Shown here: one piece after another, positions 17,383 to 26,608 of the stretch
How the letters are laid out: each line of letters opens with the position of its first letter
Numbering within the stretch: the stretch's first letter is position 1
From: a virus
Lineage: Duplodnaviria; Heunggongvirae; Uroviricota; Caudoviricetes
IMG/VR virus record: IMGVR_UViG_2778261064_000019
Strand: one strand, 5' to 3'
Length of the DNA: 35,546 nucleotides
The notes under the pieces: generated by a model
What the model was told of the DNA's origin: nothing
What the model saw: only the letters and a program-made list of their open reading frames with translations
The model's database searches: none
Program-made: the position numbers and the translations under genes

Positions 17383-18077
17383 CCTGATGAGTAGTCGTAA
17401 CCCATAACCGCCTGCACCTCCGTCAACGCTTCAACGGCGGCAATATGCTGCTGGGCAGCGGCGAACAGGCGCATATCGTGCGCCATTGTTTCGGTTTCAA
17501 ACCGGGCGGCGATCTCGTTGGTTAGTTCAATCAGGTTGTGATTTTTGGTCTGCCACATTAAGCCTGCCGGTATTTGTTTAGCCACGCCCATTTTGGTGAG
17601 CGAGAGCTGCTGGATGCGGCTGTTAGCGTCGCTGTGGAAATGGTGATTATCGATGATGATGTAGTCAGCGGTGATTCGATCGCGATACTGCTTTATTTCT
17701 GCCACCTTTGCCTGTCGGGCTTTTTCGATATCGGGCTGCCAGCGTTTGCCGTCCCAACGGACAAAGGCGTTATCGGGCTTCAGCAGAGTGACGTTATCCG
17801 GCAATGGCCCCAGATGATGAAGCTGTACCTCACTGCCCGCATCGGTATCAAACGCGGTTTTACCGCGATGATCTTCTACCGCAAGCCATGTTTCTCCGTT
17901 GAATGTCAGGGCAAAGCCGCTCTGGCATTCGGGCGGTTCGATAGTGGTACAGCATTCCGGTAAGCCGGTGTTGGGGGCGATATAGGCGTCGCTGACGCCG
18001 ATAAATTCCTGAGTATCTGCCGCGTAGTTAAAGATGCGCAGGGTTTGCGGTTCGTCGGAAAATGCGAATGTGCTCAT
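17370..18077 (-). CDS. Putative tail fibre assembly protein (gpG position)
   Basis: 235-aa ORF directly after the tail fibre gene with a 4-bp overlap. Assignment is by position only. Confidence 0.5.
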   Translation of the reverse strand: MSTFAFSDEPQTLRIFNYAADTQEFIGVSDAYIAPNTGLPECCTTIEPPECQSGFALTFNGETWLAVEDHRGKTAFDTDAGSEVQLHHLGPLPDNVTLLKPDNAFVRWDGKRWQPDIEKARQAKVAEIKQYRDRITADYIIIDNHHFHSDANSRIQQLSLTKMGVAKQIPAGLMWQTKNHNLIELTNEIAARFETETMAHDMRLFAAAQQHIAAVEALTEVQAVMGYDYSSGWQP

Positions 18078-19339
18078 GCCAGCCTCACGATATAGTTGAA
18101 AGCGATATTTTTAACGGTGTTTTCGGTGTTCCCGGCGGCGTTCACCGTAATAGTGTGGCTGTGGGAACCCAAGGCGATAGCGTGGTTATGCGCGCCGATA
18201 GTCAGCGAATGGGTATGAGCGCCGATGGCTACTGTGTGAGTATGGACACCGTCTGTACTGGTTCTGAATTTGTAGTTATCCCAGTCTGTGTCTGCAGACC
18301 CCTGATTATTACGGGTACTGTCGAAGTAACCGTGACGTCCACCGCTGGCTTCACCCCATCCGCTGTCGTGGTTGTGAGCACCGGCTGACGCTGTTGATTT
18401 TGTCCCGTAGTCAAACGCGCTGGTATTTTTAGTACCCAAATCGGTGGAACTGGCAGTTTTAGTGCCTAAATCTGTGTTAGTGGCGCTGGCTGTGTGACTA
18501 TGAGATTTAACGCCATCCTGTTCCTGAGACAGTATCGAGCGTCCGCTGGCGGGTTTCCCCTTGATTGTCCAGCCGCGCATATCCGGGATTACCCCAGAGG
18601 GGTAAGCGATTGCCAGTTTAGGGTAGGCGGTTTTATTGAAGGACTGACCGACCATCAGGGCGTAGCCGCTGGGGATTGCATCGGATGACCACGGTATCGG
18701 CGTGCCGACCGGACAGGTTTCCGCCGCCAGCGCTTTGTCTACTGCCGCTTTCACCGCCTTGGGCGTGGCGGCCAGTGTTTCGCTGATGCTGTTGGTCGCA
18801 CTGCTTAATTGAGTAAAACCTTTGGCAGTTAACGTGGCGTCAGGATGGTTACGGGACTGCACGTGGCACGTCAGGCTTTCATCCACATACTGTCTTGTTG
18901 CCAGCACCACGGCAGGGTCGATTTTCAGCTCCACGTTTTCCGTATGGGAGACAATCAGCACCATGCGGATAATCTGCGTGCGGCCCGAACCTTCGATTAA
19001 CTGCGGCTTGTAGGTTGGCGGGCAGTTGCCGACGGCAATCAGCCGGTCGTGCTCGTCGTACAGGCCAATTTCTCTGATCCACCATCCGCCTACATCCTCC
19101 GGTAGTACCTGTTCGGCAATAATCTGGTTGGGGTTGTTAGGGTCAATACTGAGCGTATTCAGCGGCGCACGTCGGCGTTCGTTGATTAACCGGGTTTGGC
19201 CAGTCTCCGGTGTTGGCAGGTTACCGTTTCCGTCGCCCACGGCCATTTGCGTCAGATGAAGAGGTGAACCCTGTGCGGTGGCGGTCGCCAGCGCGGATTC
19301 GCCGGTAGTGGTTAATAGCGTGAAATAGGTAGCGCTCAT
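18074..19339 (-). CDS. H: Tail fibre protein (gpH-like)
   Basis: 421-aa ORF with a gpH-like N-terminus ([20 protein letters not shown]...MAVGDGNG) and C-terminal Gly/His-rich repeats (TDLGTK x2, GAHTHS / GAHNHA / GSHSHT). Confidence 0.75.
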   Translation of the reverse strand: MSATYFTLLTTTGESALATATAQGSPLHLTQMAVGDGNGNLPTPETGQTRLINERRRAPLNTLSIDPNNPNQIIAEQVLPEDVGGWWIREIGLYDEHDRLIAVGNCPPTYKPQLIEGSGRTQIIRMVLIVSHTENVELKIDPAVVLATRQYVDESLTCHVQSRNHPDATLTAKGFTQLSSATNSISETLAATPKAVKAAVDKALAAETCPVGTPIPWSSDAIPSGYALMVGQSFNKTAYPKLAIAYPSGVIPDMRGWTIKGKPASGRSILSQEQDGVKSHSHTASATNTDLGTKTASSTDLGTKNTSAFDYGTKSTASAGAHNHDSGWGEASGGRHGYFDSTRNNQGSADTDWDNYKFRTSTDGVHTHTVAIGAHTHSLTIGAHNHAIALGSHSHTITVNAAGNTENTVKNIAFNYIVRLA

Positions 19340-19950
19340 GGGGCGATCCTTAGCGTATCAATCAGATGCAGCGCAGCCCCGCGGTAGTTACGGCCCACGC
19401 TGTATACATGTTCGGGAATAAAGGGATAAACGGTGAGCGTATCGCCGGTATAGTTCGTCGCGCTGAACCAGACGTATCCGTTGCTCTGCAGGCTGATCGC
19501 CAGTCCGATTAAGTGGCGTGAACAGGGTTTGGCATCATCGATCAGGCGCTCCAGCTCCACATACATCTGCTCGGTGATGCCCTGTTCGCGCACGCCGACC
19601 TCCAGTGCGAAGGTGCCGGGAATACCTTCCGGGCGCAGTTGCCACCATTCGGTTACCCGGATAAGGAAACCGAGCGGTTCCACCGCACGTTGCAGTGCGC
19701 CGATGGTGCCTTTGTGCTGATGGATGTAGAAAGAGGCGGCAATCACCTGCCGCTTGGTATCGACTGGCCAGTTTTCATCCCAGCGGTCAACGGAAAACGC
19801 CCATGCCAGATAAGGCAACAGCGCGGCGGGGCAGCTACCCGGTTGCCACAAGCTACGCAGCGGGACTGGCACTTGTTCAGTCAGGCTGCCGGTTTGTGCC
19901 AGATTCTGCTCCAGCGGGCTGGCATTGTTGGGGAGCAGGGAGCTATTCAT
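19336..19950 (-). CDS. I: Baseplate/tail protein gpI-like
   Basis: Start set at Met 24 of the track ORF ([15 protein letters not shown]...), matching the P2 I N-terminus as recalled. Contains [17 protein letters not shown]. Confidence 0.8.
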   Translation of the reverse strand: MNSSLLPNNASPLEQNLAQTGSLTEQVPVPLRSLWQPGSCPAALLPYLAWAFSVDRWDENWPVDTKRQVIAASFYIHQHKGTIGALQRAVEPLGFLIRVTEWWQLRPEGIPGTFALEVGVREQGITEQMYVELERLIDDAKPCSRHLIGLAISLQSNGYVWFSATNYTGDTLTVYPFIPEHVYSVGRNYRGAALHLIDTLRIAP

Positions 19951-20854
19951 CGCTTCCCCCGATGGCAATTTTCCATCCGGTGCAGTAGCTGGCCTGCGTT
20001 TTGTTGATAATGACATCAACGGCAGGGGAGAGCAGTTCTACGCGCTGAACACCGGTGACATGCAGTGCGGCGTAAATCGCGCTGCGGCGAATATCACGCC
20101 CGATCCGATGCTGGTCATTAACGTAGCTTTTTAGCCGCTGCTCGGCGGCCTGCCGAATGGGTTCCTGCTCCGGGCCAGGATAGCAATAAAGTACGGCATC
20201 AATCTGATATGGGATCACTTCGGCGGACTGAATGGTTGGGCGATCACCTACCGGACGAATATCAATATCGTTCAGGGCGGAATCGACTATCGCCAGCAGT
20301 TCTGCGCTGGCCAGCCCGTTGCCTTCGCGGGAGAGTACCGACACGGTGACGTAACAAGGATAGGGGCTGATAGCGGAGACGTCTGCGATACGCCCGTCTG
20401 CGCTGCGGGCGTGATATTCGTAGGCGGCGGTCGGGCCTGCGACGGACAGACCTTCAAACGCCTGCTGTGCGCGCATTCGTAAATCGCTGTCGGATTCATA
20501 AACCGGATCAACGGGCGGTATCGCCGTACTGTCTCCGGGCGAAATTTGCAGGCGAAAAACCTTAAAGTTAGCGACCAGATTATCCAGATCGCGCCCGGCG
20601 GCATGGGCCAGCATATTAGCAACGGCGGCTTCATTGATGCGTACCCGCAGCGCCATCTCTAAGTAAGTATTTTCCTGCAACAGCTTGACGAAGGGTTCTG
20701 ATTCATAGCCCAGTGTGCGGGTAACTTCTGCTTGCTGTTCGGCAGGATACAGGCTGATAAAGCGCTGCTTGCGGGCGGTTAGCAGGGTTTCAAAATCGAC
20801 TGTTTCCACCACATCGGGGATCGGTAATTGGCTTAAATCGGTCAGTGCGCTCAT
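19943..20854 (-). CDS. J: Baseplate assembly protein gpJ-like
   Basis: Start set at internal Met (MSALTDLSQLPIPDV...), overlapping the gpW stop. Size about 303 aa, as P2 J. Confidence 0.8.
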   Translation of the reverse strand: MSALTDLSQLPIPDVVETVDFETLLTARKQRFISLYPAEQQAEVTRTLGYESEPFVKLLQENTYLEMALRVRINEAAVANMLAHAAGRDLDNLVANFKVFRLQISPGDSTAIPPVDPVYESDSDLRMRAQQAFEGLSVAGPTAAYEYHARSADGRIADVSAISPYPCYVTVSVLSREGNGLASAELLAIVDSALNDIDIRPVGDRPTIQSAEVIPYQIDAVLYCYPGPEQEPIRQAAEQRLKSYVNDQHRIGRDIRRSAIYAALHVTGVQRVELLSPAVDVIINKTQASYCTGWKIAIGGSDE

Positions 20855-21168
20855 GGACGTCTCCTGTCGATTGGAATGGAGAATGTCCACGGCTGGCCGG
20901 GGATATCGGTACGTTCGGCTTCAATAGTGACGCTAAGATCGGCATTATCCGCAGCAAAGTCCACACCGATAATCTCGATGCGGGGTTCCCAGCGCGTCAG
21001 CGCCATGACCACTGCCGACATCACCCGTAGCCGGGTAGCGCCATCGTTGGGCTGGTCGATCAGGTTGCCGATCAGTGAGCCATAATCGCGACGCATCACG
21101 CGCGTACCTACCGGCGTGGTCAAAATATCTTTTACGGATTGCTTAATGTGCAACTCGTCGCTTAACAC
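20851..21168 (-). CDS. W: Baseplate protein gpW-like
   Basis: 105-aa ORF between V and J, size and position as P2 W. Confidence 0.8.
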   Translation of the reverse strand: MLSDELHIKQSVKDILTTPVGTRVMRRDYGSLIGNLIDQPNDGATRLRVMSAVVMALTRWEPRIEIIGVDFAADNADLSVTIEAERTDIPGQPWTFSIPIDRRRP

Positions 21169-21199
21169 TCTGCCGGTTTCGCGTTCATACCGAGGTACA

Positions 21200-21799
21200 T
21201 TACTGCGGCCCTCCGGTATTGCTACCCCCGCGCTCTACGCCTGTGTGCGTGTGGGTATGAACGGTGACGCCGTTGGAGGTAAAACTGCCGCCGCTGTGGG
21301 TGTAAGCACCTTTAAGCGTGCCGCCTTTTTTAACCGACAGCGTGGCGGTTTCCAGATGCTGGGTGCAGACGACGAGCGGTGTATCCAGCGTGACGCGGGT
21401 GCTGGCTTCGACCAGTGCGGTCTTGATGCCGGTAGCTTTTAACGTGCTGGAGCGCGGATCATATTCAATCACCGCACCATCGGGGTAAACGCTATGGTGA
21501 ACCTGTTCATCCAGCAGCGGGGCGGGGTTGGCGTCAGAGTAAATGGCCGGAAGTGCCACGGCGGTGGTTAACTCACCGCTTAAACAGAGCAGTAACACCT
21601 GTTCGCCTGTTGATGGCCGCCACCACGTCCGGGCATCACCGGCGCGTAGCGTCAGCCACGGTATCCAGTTGGTGGTCAGTTCACCAGTGTGAATGCGTAC
21701 TCGATCGCCCTTCACCTCTTCAACGGTGCCGGTACGGATCAGGTTTTCAATGCGCCGGTGCAGCTCGGCGAGGTTGGCTGGGTGGTTTGCGTCGCTCAT
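21200..21799 (-). CDS. V: Baseplate spike/assembly protein gpV-like
   Basis: 199-aa ORF, first gene of the V-W-J-I-H string, preceded by a dyad element. Confidence 0.8.
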   Translation of the reverse strand: MSDANHPANLAELHRRIENLIRTGTVEEVKGDRVRIHTGELTTNWIPWLTLRAGDARTWWRPSTGEQVLLLCLSGELTTAVALPAIYSDANPAPLLDEQVHHSVYPDGAVIEYDPRSSTLKATGIKTALVEASTRVTLDTPLVVCTQHLETATLSVKKGGTLKGAYTHSGGSFTSNGVTVHTHTHTGVERGGSNTGGPQ

Positions 21800-21843
21800 G
21801 CCGGAATCATTGGGATTCGCGGGCGAAGAGGGAAGGGCTAAGG

Positions 21844-21866
21844 CTTGTAGGATAATGGGCTACAAG
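21844..21866. promoter_or_regulatory. Dyad CTTGTA-N11-TACAAG upstream of gpV (candidate late promoter element)
   Basis: Inverted repeat CTTGTAG-N9-CTACAAG about 50-65 bp upstream of the gpV ATG. Confidence 0.5.
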
Positions 21867-21869
21867 TAA

Positions 21870-21891
21870 AACGCCCCTGAGTAGGGGCGTT
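21870..21891 (-). terminator. Possible hairpin terminator after hicB
   Basis: Stem AACGCCCCT / AGGGGCGTT with a 4-nt loop just downstream of the hicB stop on the minus strand. The following run is only weakly T-rich (TTACTTG). Confidence 0.35.
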
Positions 21892-21905
21892 GAACGAAAA
21901 AGAGC

Positions 21906-22241
21906 TTAACCGTGCGCAGCCTTCATCAGTGTATCGTTAATCCACTGGTTAACGCTTTTACCGGAGACTTCTGCCGCAACGTTAATGGCAGAGTGAATTT
22001 CAGGTGGAATACGCAGGCTGATTTTTCCGCTGGCCGGACGCAACGGCTCCCGGCCCCGTTCCTCGCAGTAAGCCAGATAGTCGTCTACCGCCTCTTCAAA
22101 CGCTTTACGCAGATCGGCAACATTATCGGCATGAAAGCCAATGACATCCCGAATGCCTGCAACGTGACCAACAATGCATTGATCTTCATCGCTGTATTCA
22201 ATTTTTGCGGCATAGCCTCTATATGTCATGGTATTCATCAT
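21906..22241 (-). CDS. hicB: HicB-family antitoxin
   Basis: 111-aa ORF 4 bp-overlapped with the upstream hicA-like gene. C-terminal RHH-like segment (KISLRIPPEIHSAINVAAEVSGKSVNQWINDTL). Confidence 0.75.
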   Translation of the reverse strand: MMNTMTYRGYAAKIEYSDEDQCIVGHVAGIRDVIGFHADNVADLRKAFEEAVDDYLAYCEERGREPLRPASGKISLRIPPEIHSAINVAAEVSGKSVNQWINDTLMKAAHG

Positions 22242-22501
22242 GGTGTTACCCCTACAGCTTCAAGGAATGTTCTGGCATCGCGAACCTGATAGGCTTTCGC
22301 TTCTTTTTCCGGGTGTGGACGATGAAATGAAGCCACAACCTGATTAATTTCAAACCTGACGCGGGAACCGTTTCCTTCCGTAGCAATAGCCCCCAAAGCA
22401 ATAAATAAGGCTTCTATTTTTCGCCATTCCAGCGTGACAGGTGTTGGCGTAGAAAAAACAGCTTGTAAGGTTTTTTTATGTTTGGCGCTTAACGTATTCA
22501 T
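22238..22501 (-). CDS. hicA: HicA-family toxin (mRNA interferase)
   Basis: 87-aa ORF with GS..RF.......FHRPHP.KE pattern consistent with the HicA fold, in hicA-hicB order. Confidence 0.65.
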   Translation of the reverse strand: MNTLSAKHKKTLQAVFSTPTPVTLEWRKIEALFIALGAIATEGNGSRVRFEINQVVASFHRPHPEKEAKAYQVRDARTFLEAVGVTP

Positions 22502-22550
22502 ACAGGGTATTTTCCATAAGTTATTTTATTCTTCCGCCAAGATATAATGA

Positions 22551-22571
22551 TGATATCATTTTTTGATATCA
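22551..22571. promoter_or_regulatory. Tandem palindromes TGATATCA (22551..22558, 22564..22571) in the hicA promoter region
   Basis: Two identical 8-bp palindromes separated by TTTTT, overlapping candidate -35/-10 elements for the minus-strand hicAB transcript. Confidence 0.4.
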
Positions 22572-22573
22572 TT

Positions 22574-23020
22574 TCAAGTCAGGAAGTGAACGATTAGCGC
22601 CTCTATCTTTCGCACATCCTCCGCCGAAACCCCCAGCAACTGCCTTTGTGCGTAATCCACCTCCAACCCGTAGCGATTTACCCGATCGCGCAGGCCATAC
22701 TGATGAACGGCGGCCATATGTCGAACGCTGCTGAGAAACGAAATGGTTACACCCTGCCCATCGCCTTTTCCTTTCATATAGCGTGCGGTACGCAGCTTAC
22801 GGAACATCTGGCGGCGGATCTTTCCTTTTTTACTGCGTAGCTGGGGCTTACGGGGGGCGAACGATGAGCCGTCCGGGTTTTTCTGCGCGGCTATCCGCTG
22901 GCTTTGTGACTGGCGCAGGCTGCGGGCGATTTCCCGCGCCAGTTGGGTTCGGCTTGCCGGGGAGAGCTTTACGAGCAGGCCATCGGCCCAGCGGTGGAGT
23001 TGTTGCAGGTCTTCGCTCAT
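22574..23020 (-). CDS. S: Tail completion protein gpS-like
   Basis: 148-aa ORF after gpR, size and position as P2 S. Confidence 0.75.
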   Translation of the reverse strand: MSEDLQQLHRWADGLLVKLSPASRTQLAREIARSLRQSQSQRIAAQKNPDGSSFAPRKPQLRSKKGKIRRQMFRKLRTARYMKGKGDGQGVTISFLSSVRHMAAVHQYGLRDRVNRYGLEVDYAQRQLLGVSAEDVRKIEALIVHFLT

Positions 23021-23478
23021 CAGGTGCTCACAATCGTTTCACCGCGACAGGCGATTTCCCAGCCGTTGTAACCGCTTTCTGGCTGCTGGTCGTTACAGTG
23101 CTTTGCTTCCAGACCACCGTCGCGCTGGCGAACAATGACGCGCTCGGTCAGCGCCAGTTTGATGCTGATATCGTAGCTTTGATGGTCGATGGCTTCGGCC
23201 TCAAACTGAAACGCCTGCTCGCGCAGGTCGCTATTGGCGAAGGCTTCCTGCTGGTGAAGCGACATCCAGCCGACCAGTAGCACCATCAGCGTATCGGGAT
23301 CGGCGGCGTAGTCGGTGATCAACAGTTCCAGCGTGTACTGGTATTCAAAACTGGTGCTGCGCCCTGCGGTGGCGACGATCCGGCCCTTATTGATAAAGAT
23401 CCGCAGCGCGTCCGGGTTCTGCTGTAGATGCGGGACGCTGGCGGCCAGCAGTTCACGGATGAGCTGCGCTTTGTGCAT
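23020..23478 (-). CDS. R: Tail completion protein gpR-like
   Basis: 152-aa ORF after the spanin genes, size as P2 R. Confidence 0.7.
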   Translation of the reverse strand: MHKAQLIRELLAASVPHLQQNPDALRIFINKGRIVATAGRSTSFEYQYTLELLITDYAADPDTLMVLLVGWMSLHQQEAFANSDLREQAFQFEAEAIDHQSYDISIKLALTERVIVRQRDGGLEAKHCNDQQPESGYNGWEIACRGETIVST

Positions 23479-23728
23479 CGATACGCTCCTGACAGCTAAT
23501 CGTCATATCCACCTGCGCAGCGCACTGGTGCCACGCGTTTTCAGTGTCCAGCAGTGCGCGGCTTAAATCTTCATTACTCTGCGGTTGCAGCGCCGGAAGC
23601 TGGCAGGGCCTCAGTTTCGGGCAATTGACGGTAAGCCGCACTGCCGGTAATGGTGGTGTGCTGGTGCAGGCGGATAATATCAGCGGGCAAAGCAGTATCA
23701 GCCCATTCACGAAGCTGTTGATTTTCAC
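23453..23728 (-). CDS. lysC: o-spanin (LysC/Rz1-like lipoprotein)
   Basis: Signal peptide with lipobox (LILLCPLILSAC), Pro-rich body; start embedded out of frame in the i-spanin gene, as in P2 lysB/lysC. Confidence 0.6.
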   Translation of the reverse strand: MKINSFVNGLILLCPLILSACTSTPPLPAVRLTVNCPKLRPCQLPALQPQSNEDLSRALLDTENAWHQCAAQVDMTISCQERIDAQSAAHP

Positions 23729-24023
23729 GTTTCAGTTTCTCCAGTTGCTGATTGCGCTGCCGTAGCTGGTCATGGGCGGCGGCGGTTTGCTGTTGCAGCG
23801 TCAGGTATGCCTGCTGGTCGGCGTCGGCCTGTTGCTGGAGTTCGTCCAGTTCCCGCACTTTTGTCATCAGGGATTCGGTCAGGCTGGCAATCTGAGTGTC
23901 GGCCAGCCTGATGTGCTGCTGCTGTTCAATAAGCTGTTCCTGCTGCGTCATACGCTGCCAGTTAGTCCAGAGCAGCATCACACCGAGCAACAGCAGCGGC
24001 GCGGCTTTCATCCAGCCCATCAT
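23574..24023 (-). CDS. lysB: i-spanin (LysB/Rz-like)
   Basis: N-terminal transmembrane segment (AAPLLLLGVMLLW) followed by a Gln/Leu-rich coiled-coil. Confidence 0.65.
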   Translation of the reverse strand: MMGWMKAAPLLLLGVMLLWTNWQRMTQQEQLIEQQQHIRLADTQIASLTESLMTKVRELDELQQQADADQQAYLTLQQQTAAAHDQLRQRNQQLEKLKRENQQLREWADTALPADIIRLHQHTTITGSAAYRQLPETEALPASGAATAE

Positions 24024-24610
24024 GCTGCCGCCTTACTGAATTTTTCGAAGGCGACCGCCAGCTTAGTATCGTACTGGTTGCGTTTGTACTGTGGCCCGTT
24101 GTAGCGGCGGGCGAACTCTGGCCAGTTCTGTACCTTCATCGCGTCGTGGATCTTCGAATTGGCCTCAACAAAGCGCACGAAGGTATCAAGCTGCATCTGC
24201 TCGCTGTCGTTCATCTGTTTTTCAAAGTCGGCAGCAGAGGTGTAGCCCAGCGTTTTCCAGTGAAAGCCCATAATCTGGAACAGTCCCCAGCTTGCGCTCT
24301 CAATGGCGGCGGCGCTGTGGATCTGTTTCGCCAGATTCAGACGGTAGTGCTCACGGCTTCCGCCCTGATAGCCGCCTGCGCTCTTGTTCACCAGATCCGG
24401 GTAATTCTGCGCCAGCCGATCGGCGTCCAGTCCGTGGCTTTTTAACTGGCGGTACATGACGTGGCGTTCAAACAGAATAGCTGGGCGGCCATCGGGCAAG
24501 AAGCCGTGAGATCGGGCTTCAACCTCCTGCACTGCCTGTAATGTCGCCAGCGGGATGCCCAGATACAGCGCGGCGGCCTGCTGCTGATCATGAGTGAGTG
24601 TACGAGTCAT
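24020..24610 (-). CDS. Putative endolysin (N-acetylmuramidase-type)
   Basis: 196-aa soluble protein between the holin-like genes and the spanins; motif SWGLFQIMGFHW recalled from phage muramidase-family proteins. Confidence 0.6.
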   Translation of the reverse strand: MTRTLTHDQQQAAALYLGIPLATLQAVQEVEARSHGFLPDGRPAILFERHVMYRQLKSHGLDADRLAQNYPDLVNKSAGGYQGGSREHYRLNLAKQIHSAAAIESASWGLFQIMGFHWKTLGYTSAADFEKQMNDSEQMQLDTFVRFVEANSKIHDAMKVQNWPEFARRYNGPQYKRNQYDTKLAVAFEKFSKAAA

Positions 24611-24902
24611 GGCGTGGCTCCTTCGGGTGGTGACGTAAGGGTTTAATCAGGCTGGCGACGTTGCCGCGTGCGGCAGTCAGGCAAATCAGCAGCACGATGT
24701 TGATGGCGGTTTCGGCGATAAACACGTAGCGGTACAGGCTGAAACAAATCAGTACCGCCACTGATGCGGTGCAGCACATCAGCAGCCACGCCAGCCAGCT
24801 ATACAGCGGGCGATAGGTAGTACCGTGAACGCGGCGATAGAGGAACAGACGGATGGTAATCAGCAGGCAAATAATGGCGTTAAGGCTCAGGATTAGTTTC
24901 AT
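24588..24902 (-). CDS. Small membrane protein (putative holin/antiholin, LysA position)
   Basis: 104-aa ORF with three hydrophobic segments, located in the lysis cassette. Confidence 0.5.
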   Translation of the reverse strand: MKLILSLNAIICLLITIRLFLYRRVHGTTYRPLYSWLAWLLMCCTASVAVLICFSLYRYVFIAETAINIVLLICLTAARGNVASLIKPLRHHPKEPRHDSYTHS

Positions 24903-25288
24903 TTGCGTCCCCTTAAAAAGTCGAGCAGTTGACCGGGGTTATCCAGTTGTCGGATGGCCCATAGCAGCGCCTTGACGGTAAGCGCCGATGAGAGCAGCGC
25001 CCCGATACCGGGGGAGACTTTTTCCGTCAGATGTTGCGGCAGATATCCGGCGACCAGTGCAGTGAACAGGTCGGCGGTCAGCAGGCCGATCACAAACGCC
25101 ACGCAGAAGAAAATGATGCGCAGGAACAGGCCGATCTCTTTTTGCGAAATCACCAGCAGCAGCGCGCCACACAATGCGCCGAGCACCACCGGAGCCTGTA
25201 GCGTCGGGAACAGCGTGGCAATGGAGAATGCGCTTACGGAAGCGGCGACGACGGTGCCGGTTACGGGTTCGTTCATAGTCAGTCCCAC
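24899..25288 (-). CDS. Holin-like membrane protein (gpY position)
   Basis: 129-aa ORF with several transmembrane segments, directly after gpX. Confidence 0.6.
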   Translation of the reverse strand: MGLTMNEPVTGTVVAASVSAFSIATLFPTLQAPVVLGALCGALLLVISQKEIGLFLRIIFFCVAFVIGLLTADLFTALVAGYLPQHLTEKVSPGIGALLSSALTVKALLWAIRQLDNPGQLLDFLRGRK

Positions 25289-25482
25289 AGGTTGATTCGT
25301 TGACGTTCGGCGGCGGGAGCCTGTTCAGGTACGTTCACCGCCGTACCGTGCGGCAGGCGCAGCGGCAGTTCGCATAGGCGCGGGTTGTCGCGGTAAAGCC
25401 GTTCGACAATCCCGGCAGTGCGCCCGAAGGTGCGCCAGCAGAGCTGGTCGAGCGTTTCGTTTTGCAGGCTATAGACAATCAT
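25279..25482 (-). CDS. X: Tail protein X (gpX-like)
   Basis: 67-aa ORF, the same size as P2 X, heading the lysis cassette. Confidence 0.75.
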   Translation of the reverse strand: MIVYSLQNETLDQLCWRTFGRTAGIVERLYRDNPRLCELPLRLPHGTAVNVPEQAPAAERQRINLWD

Positions 25483-25554
25483 GGTGTTTCCCGCGCGGCG
25501 TCAGGTGATGCGGGGATGGTGGCACAGGGGCGGGAAGTGAAGGGAAGGCTTCCG

Positions 25555-25577
25555 CTTGTAACTGAGGACAGTACAAG
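25555..25577. promoter_or_regulatory. Dyad CTTGTA-N11-TACAAG with 13-bp extended arms upstream of gpX
   Basis: Near-perfect inverted repeat GGCTTCCGCTTGTA-N11-TACAAGCGGAAGCG (25547..25585). The surrounding ~70 bp is near-identical to the element upstream of FI. Confidence 0.5.
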
Positions 25578-25596
25578 CGGAAGCGATTGGCGAGGG

Positions 25597-25917
25597 CTAT
25601 GCCTCGTCGCTGTCGGTATTGATGATTTTCAGTTCAGCGGACTTCTGGAGCTGGATCAGCGCCGGGATCAGAAGCGCGGTAGCCGACAGGCCGTGCCCTA
25701 ACTGGCACAGGCTTTCAGCGGAGAATTCCAGCACGTTGCTGTCGGCAAAGGAGACGAAGGTTTTACCCAGAAAATGCAGGCCGTGACATAGCCCGGCATA
25801 GCACTCTTCGCTGCTGTTGGCCAGTTGCAGAGTATCGTCGGCGTTCAGGTGTGAAATATCCAGCTTGCGGATCGCGTCCGCCAGTTCAGAGGACAGAATA
25901 TTGGTTTCAGGCACCAT
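25597..25917 (-). CDS. Hypothetical protein
   Basis: 106-aa ORF, last of three tightly coupled small ORFs between the Doc module and gpX. No family recognised. Confidence 0.4.
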   Translation of the reverse strand: MVPETNILSSELADAIRKLDISHLNADDTLQLANSSEECYAGLCHGLHFLGKTFVSFADSNVLEFSAESLCQLGHGLSATALLIPALIQLQKSAELKIINTDSDEA

Positions 25918-26083
25918 GGCGCACCTCCAGCGGTTTGCAGGAGACGAACACCAGCGGGAAACCCGCCAGCAGGCCGCGAGCCTCTGTCTCTGTTGTCGCC
26001 AGTACGGATACCAGACGCAGTGGCTGGATCTCGCGCAGCAGGCGGTTGGAACGGGCGTTCAGGAAGGTGTAGAGCTTAGGCAT
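25910..26083 (-). CDS. Hypothetical small protein (57 aa)
   Basis: Not in the ORF track (below 60 aa). ATG at 26081..26083 preceded by GGAGGTGAA; translates MPKLYTFLNARSNRLLREIQPLRLVSVLATTETEARGLLAGFPLVFVSCKPLEVRHGA; stop overlaps the next ATG. Confidence 0.3.
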
Positions 26084-26315
26084 GGTTCACCTCCTCTACC
26101 GGGGTGCTACGTGGGGGATTGAACGACTGAGCGATAACGCTCAGTGCCTGCTTACCTTCGGGATGCGCAAGACGGTAGTAAGTTAACAGGACTTGCTCCT
26201 GTGGGCTGAGATCGTCCCACGTGAGAGTTGTGTTACTATTAGCGGTAGCCATAGCATTACCTCGATTAATGTTGTGGTTAGATGCCTTGGCAGTGTTCGC
26301 GCACTGTCGGGGCAT
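26076..26315 (-). CDS. Hypothetical protein
   Basis: 79-aa ORF (possibly starting at internal Met, MATANSNTTL...). First of the three coupled small ORFs. Confidence 0.35.
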   Translation of the reverse strand: MPRQCANTAKASNHNINRGNAMATANSNTTLTWDDLSPQEQVLLTYYRLAHPEGKQALSVIAQSFNPPRSTPVEEVNHA

Positions 26316-26394
26316 TGTTATTTATGTCATGTGATAGTAATGTGTCATCACACAGTACTACATTAACCTGAGTGTGATTTAGGTGTCAATACAC

Positions 26395-26562
26395 ATGAAT
26401 GAAAGAAGAGGAAATCCTCCGTTTCAGTTTCGACTCGATCCTGAACTGAGAAACGCGATGGAAGAAGCTAAAAAGCAAGATGGTGATGAATCACTGGCTG
26501 CGTGGATTAAGCGAATTATCAGAAAAGAGCTTCAGTCACGGGGTATAGAACCAAAAGATTAG
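26395..26562 (+). CDS. Arc/MetJ-type ribbon-helix-helix DNA-binding protein
   Basis: 55-aa ORF not in the track. FQFRLDPELRNAMEEAKKQDGDESLAAWIKRIIRKEL follows the Arc-like beta-strand/helix pattern. Inverted repeat TGTGAT-N10-ATCACA (26331..26352) lies upstream. Confidence 0.55.
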   Translation: MNERRGNPPFQFRLDPELRNAMEEAKKQDGDESLAAWIKRIIRKELQSRGIEPKD

Positions 26563-26608
26563 CAGATAGGTATATACTTTGAATAAAGAGTATTAGAGGT
26601 AAAAAATA

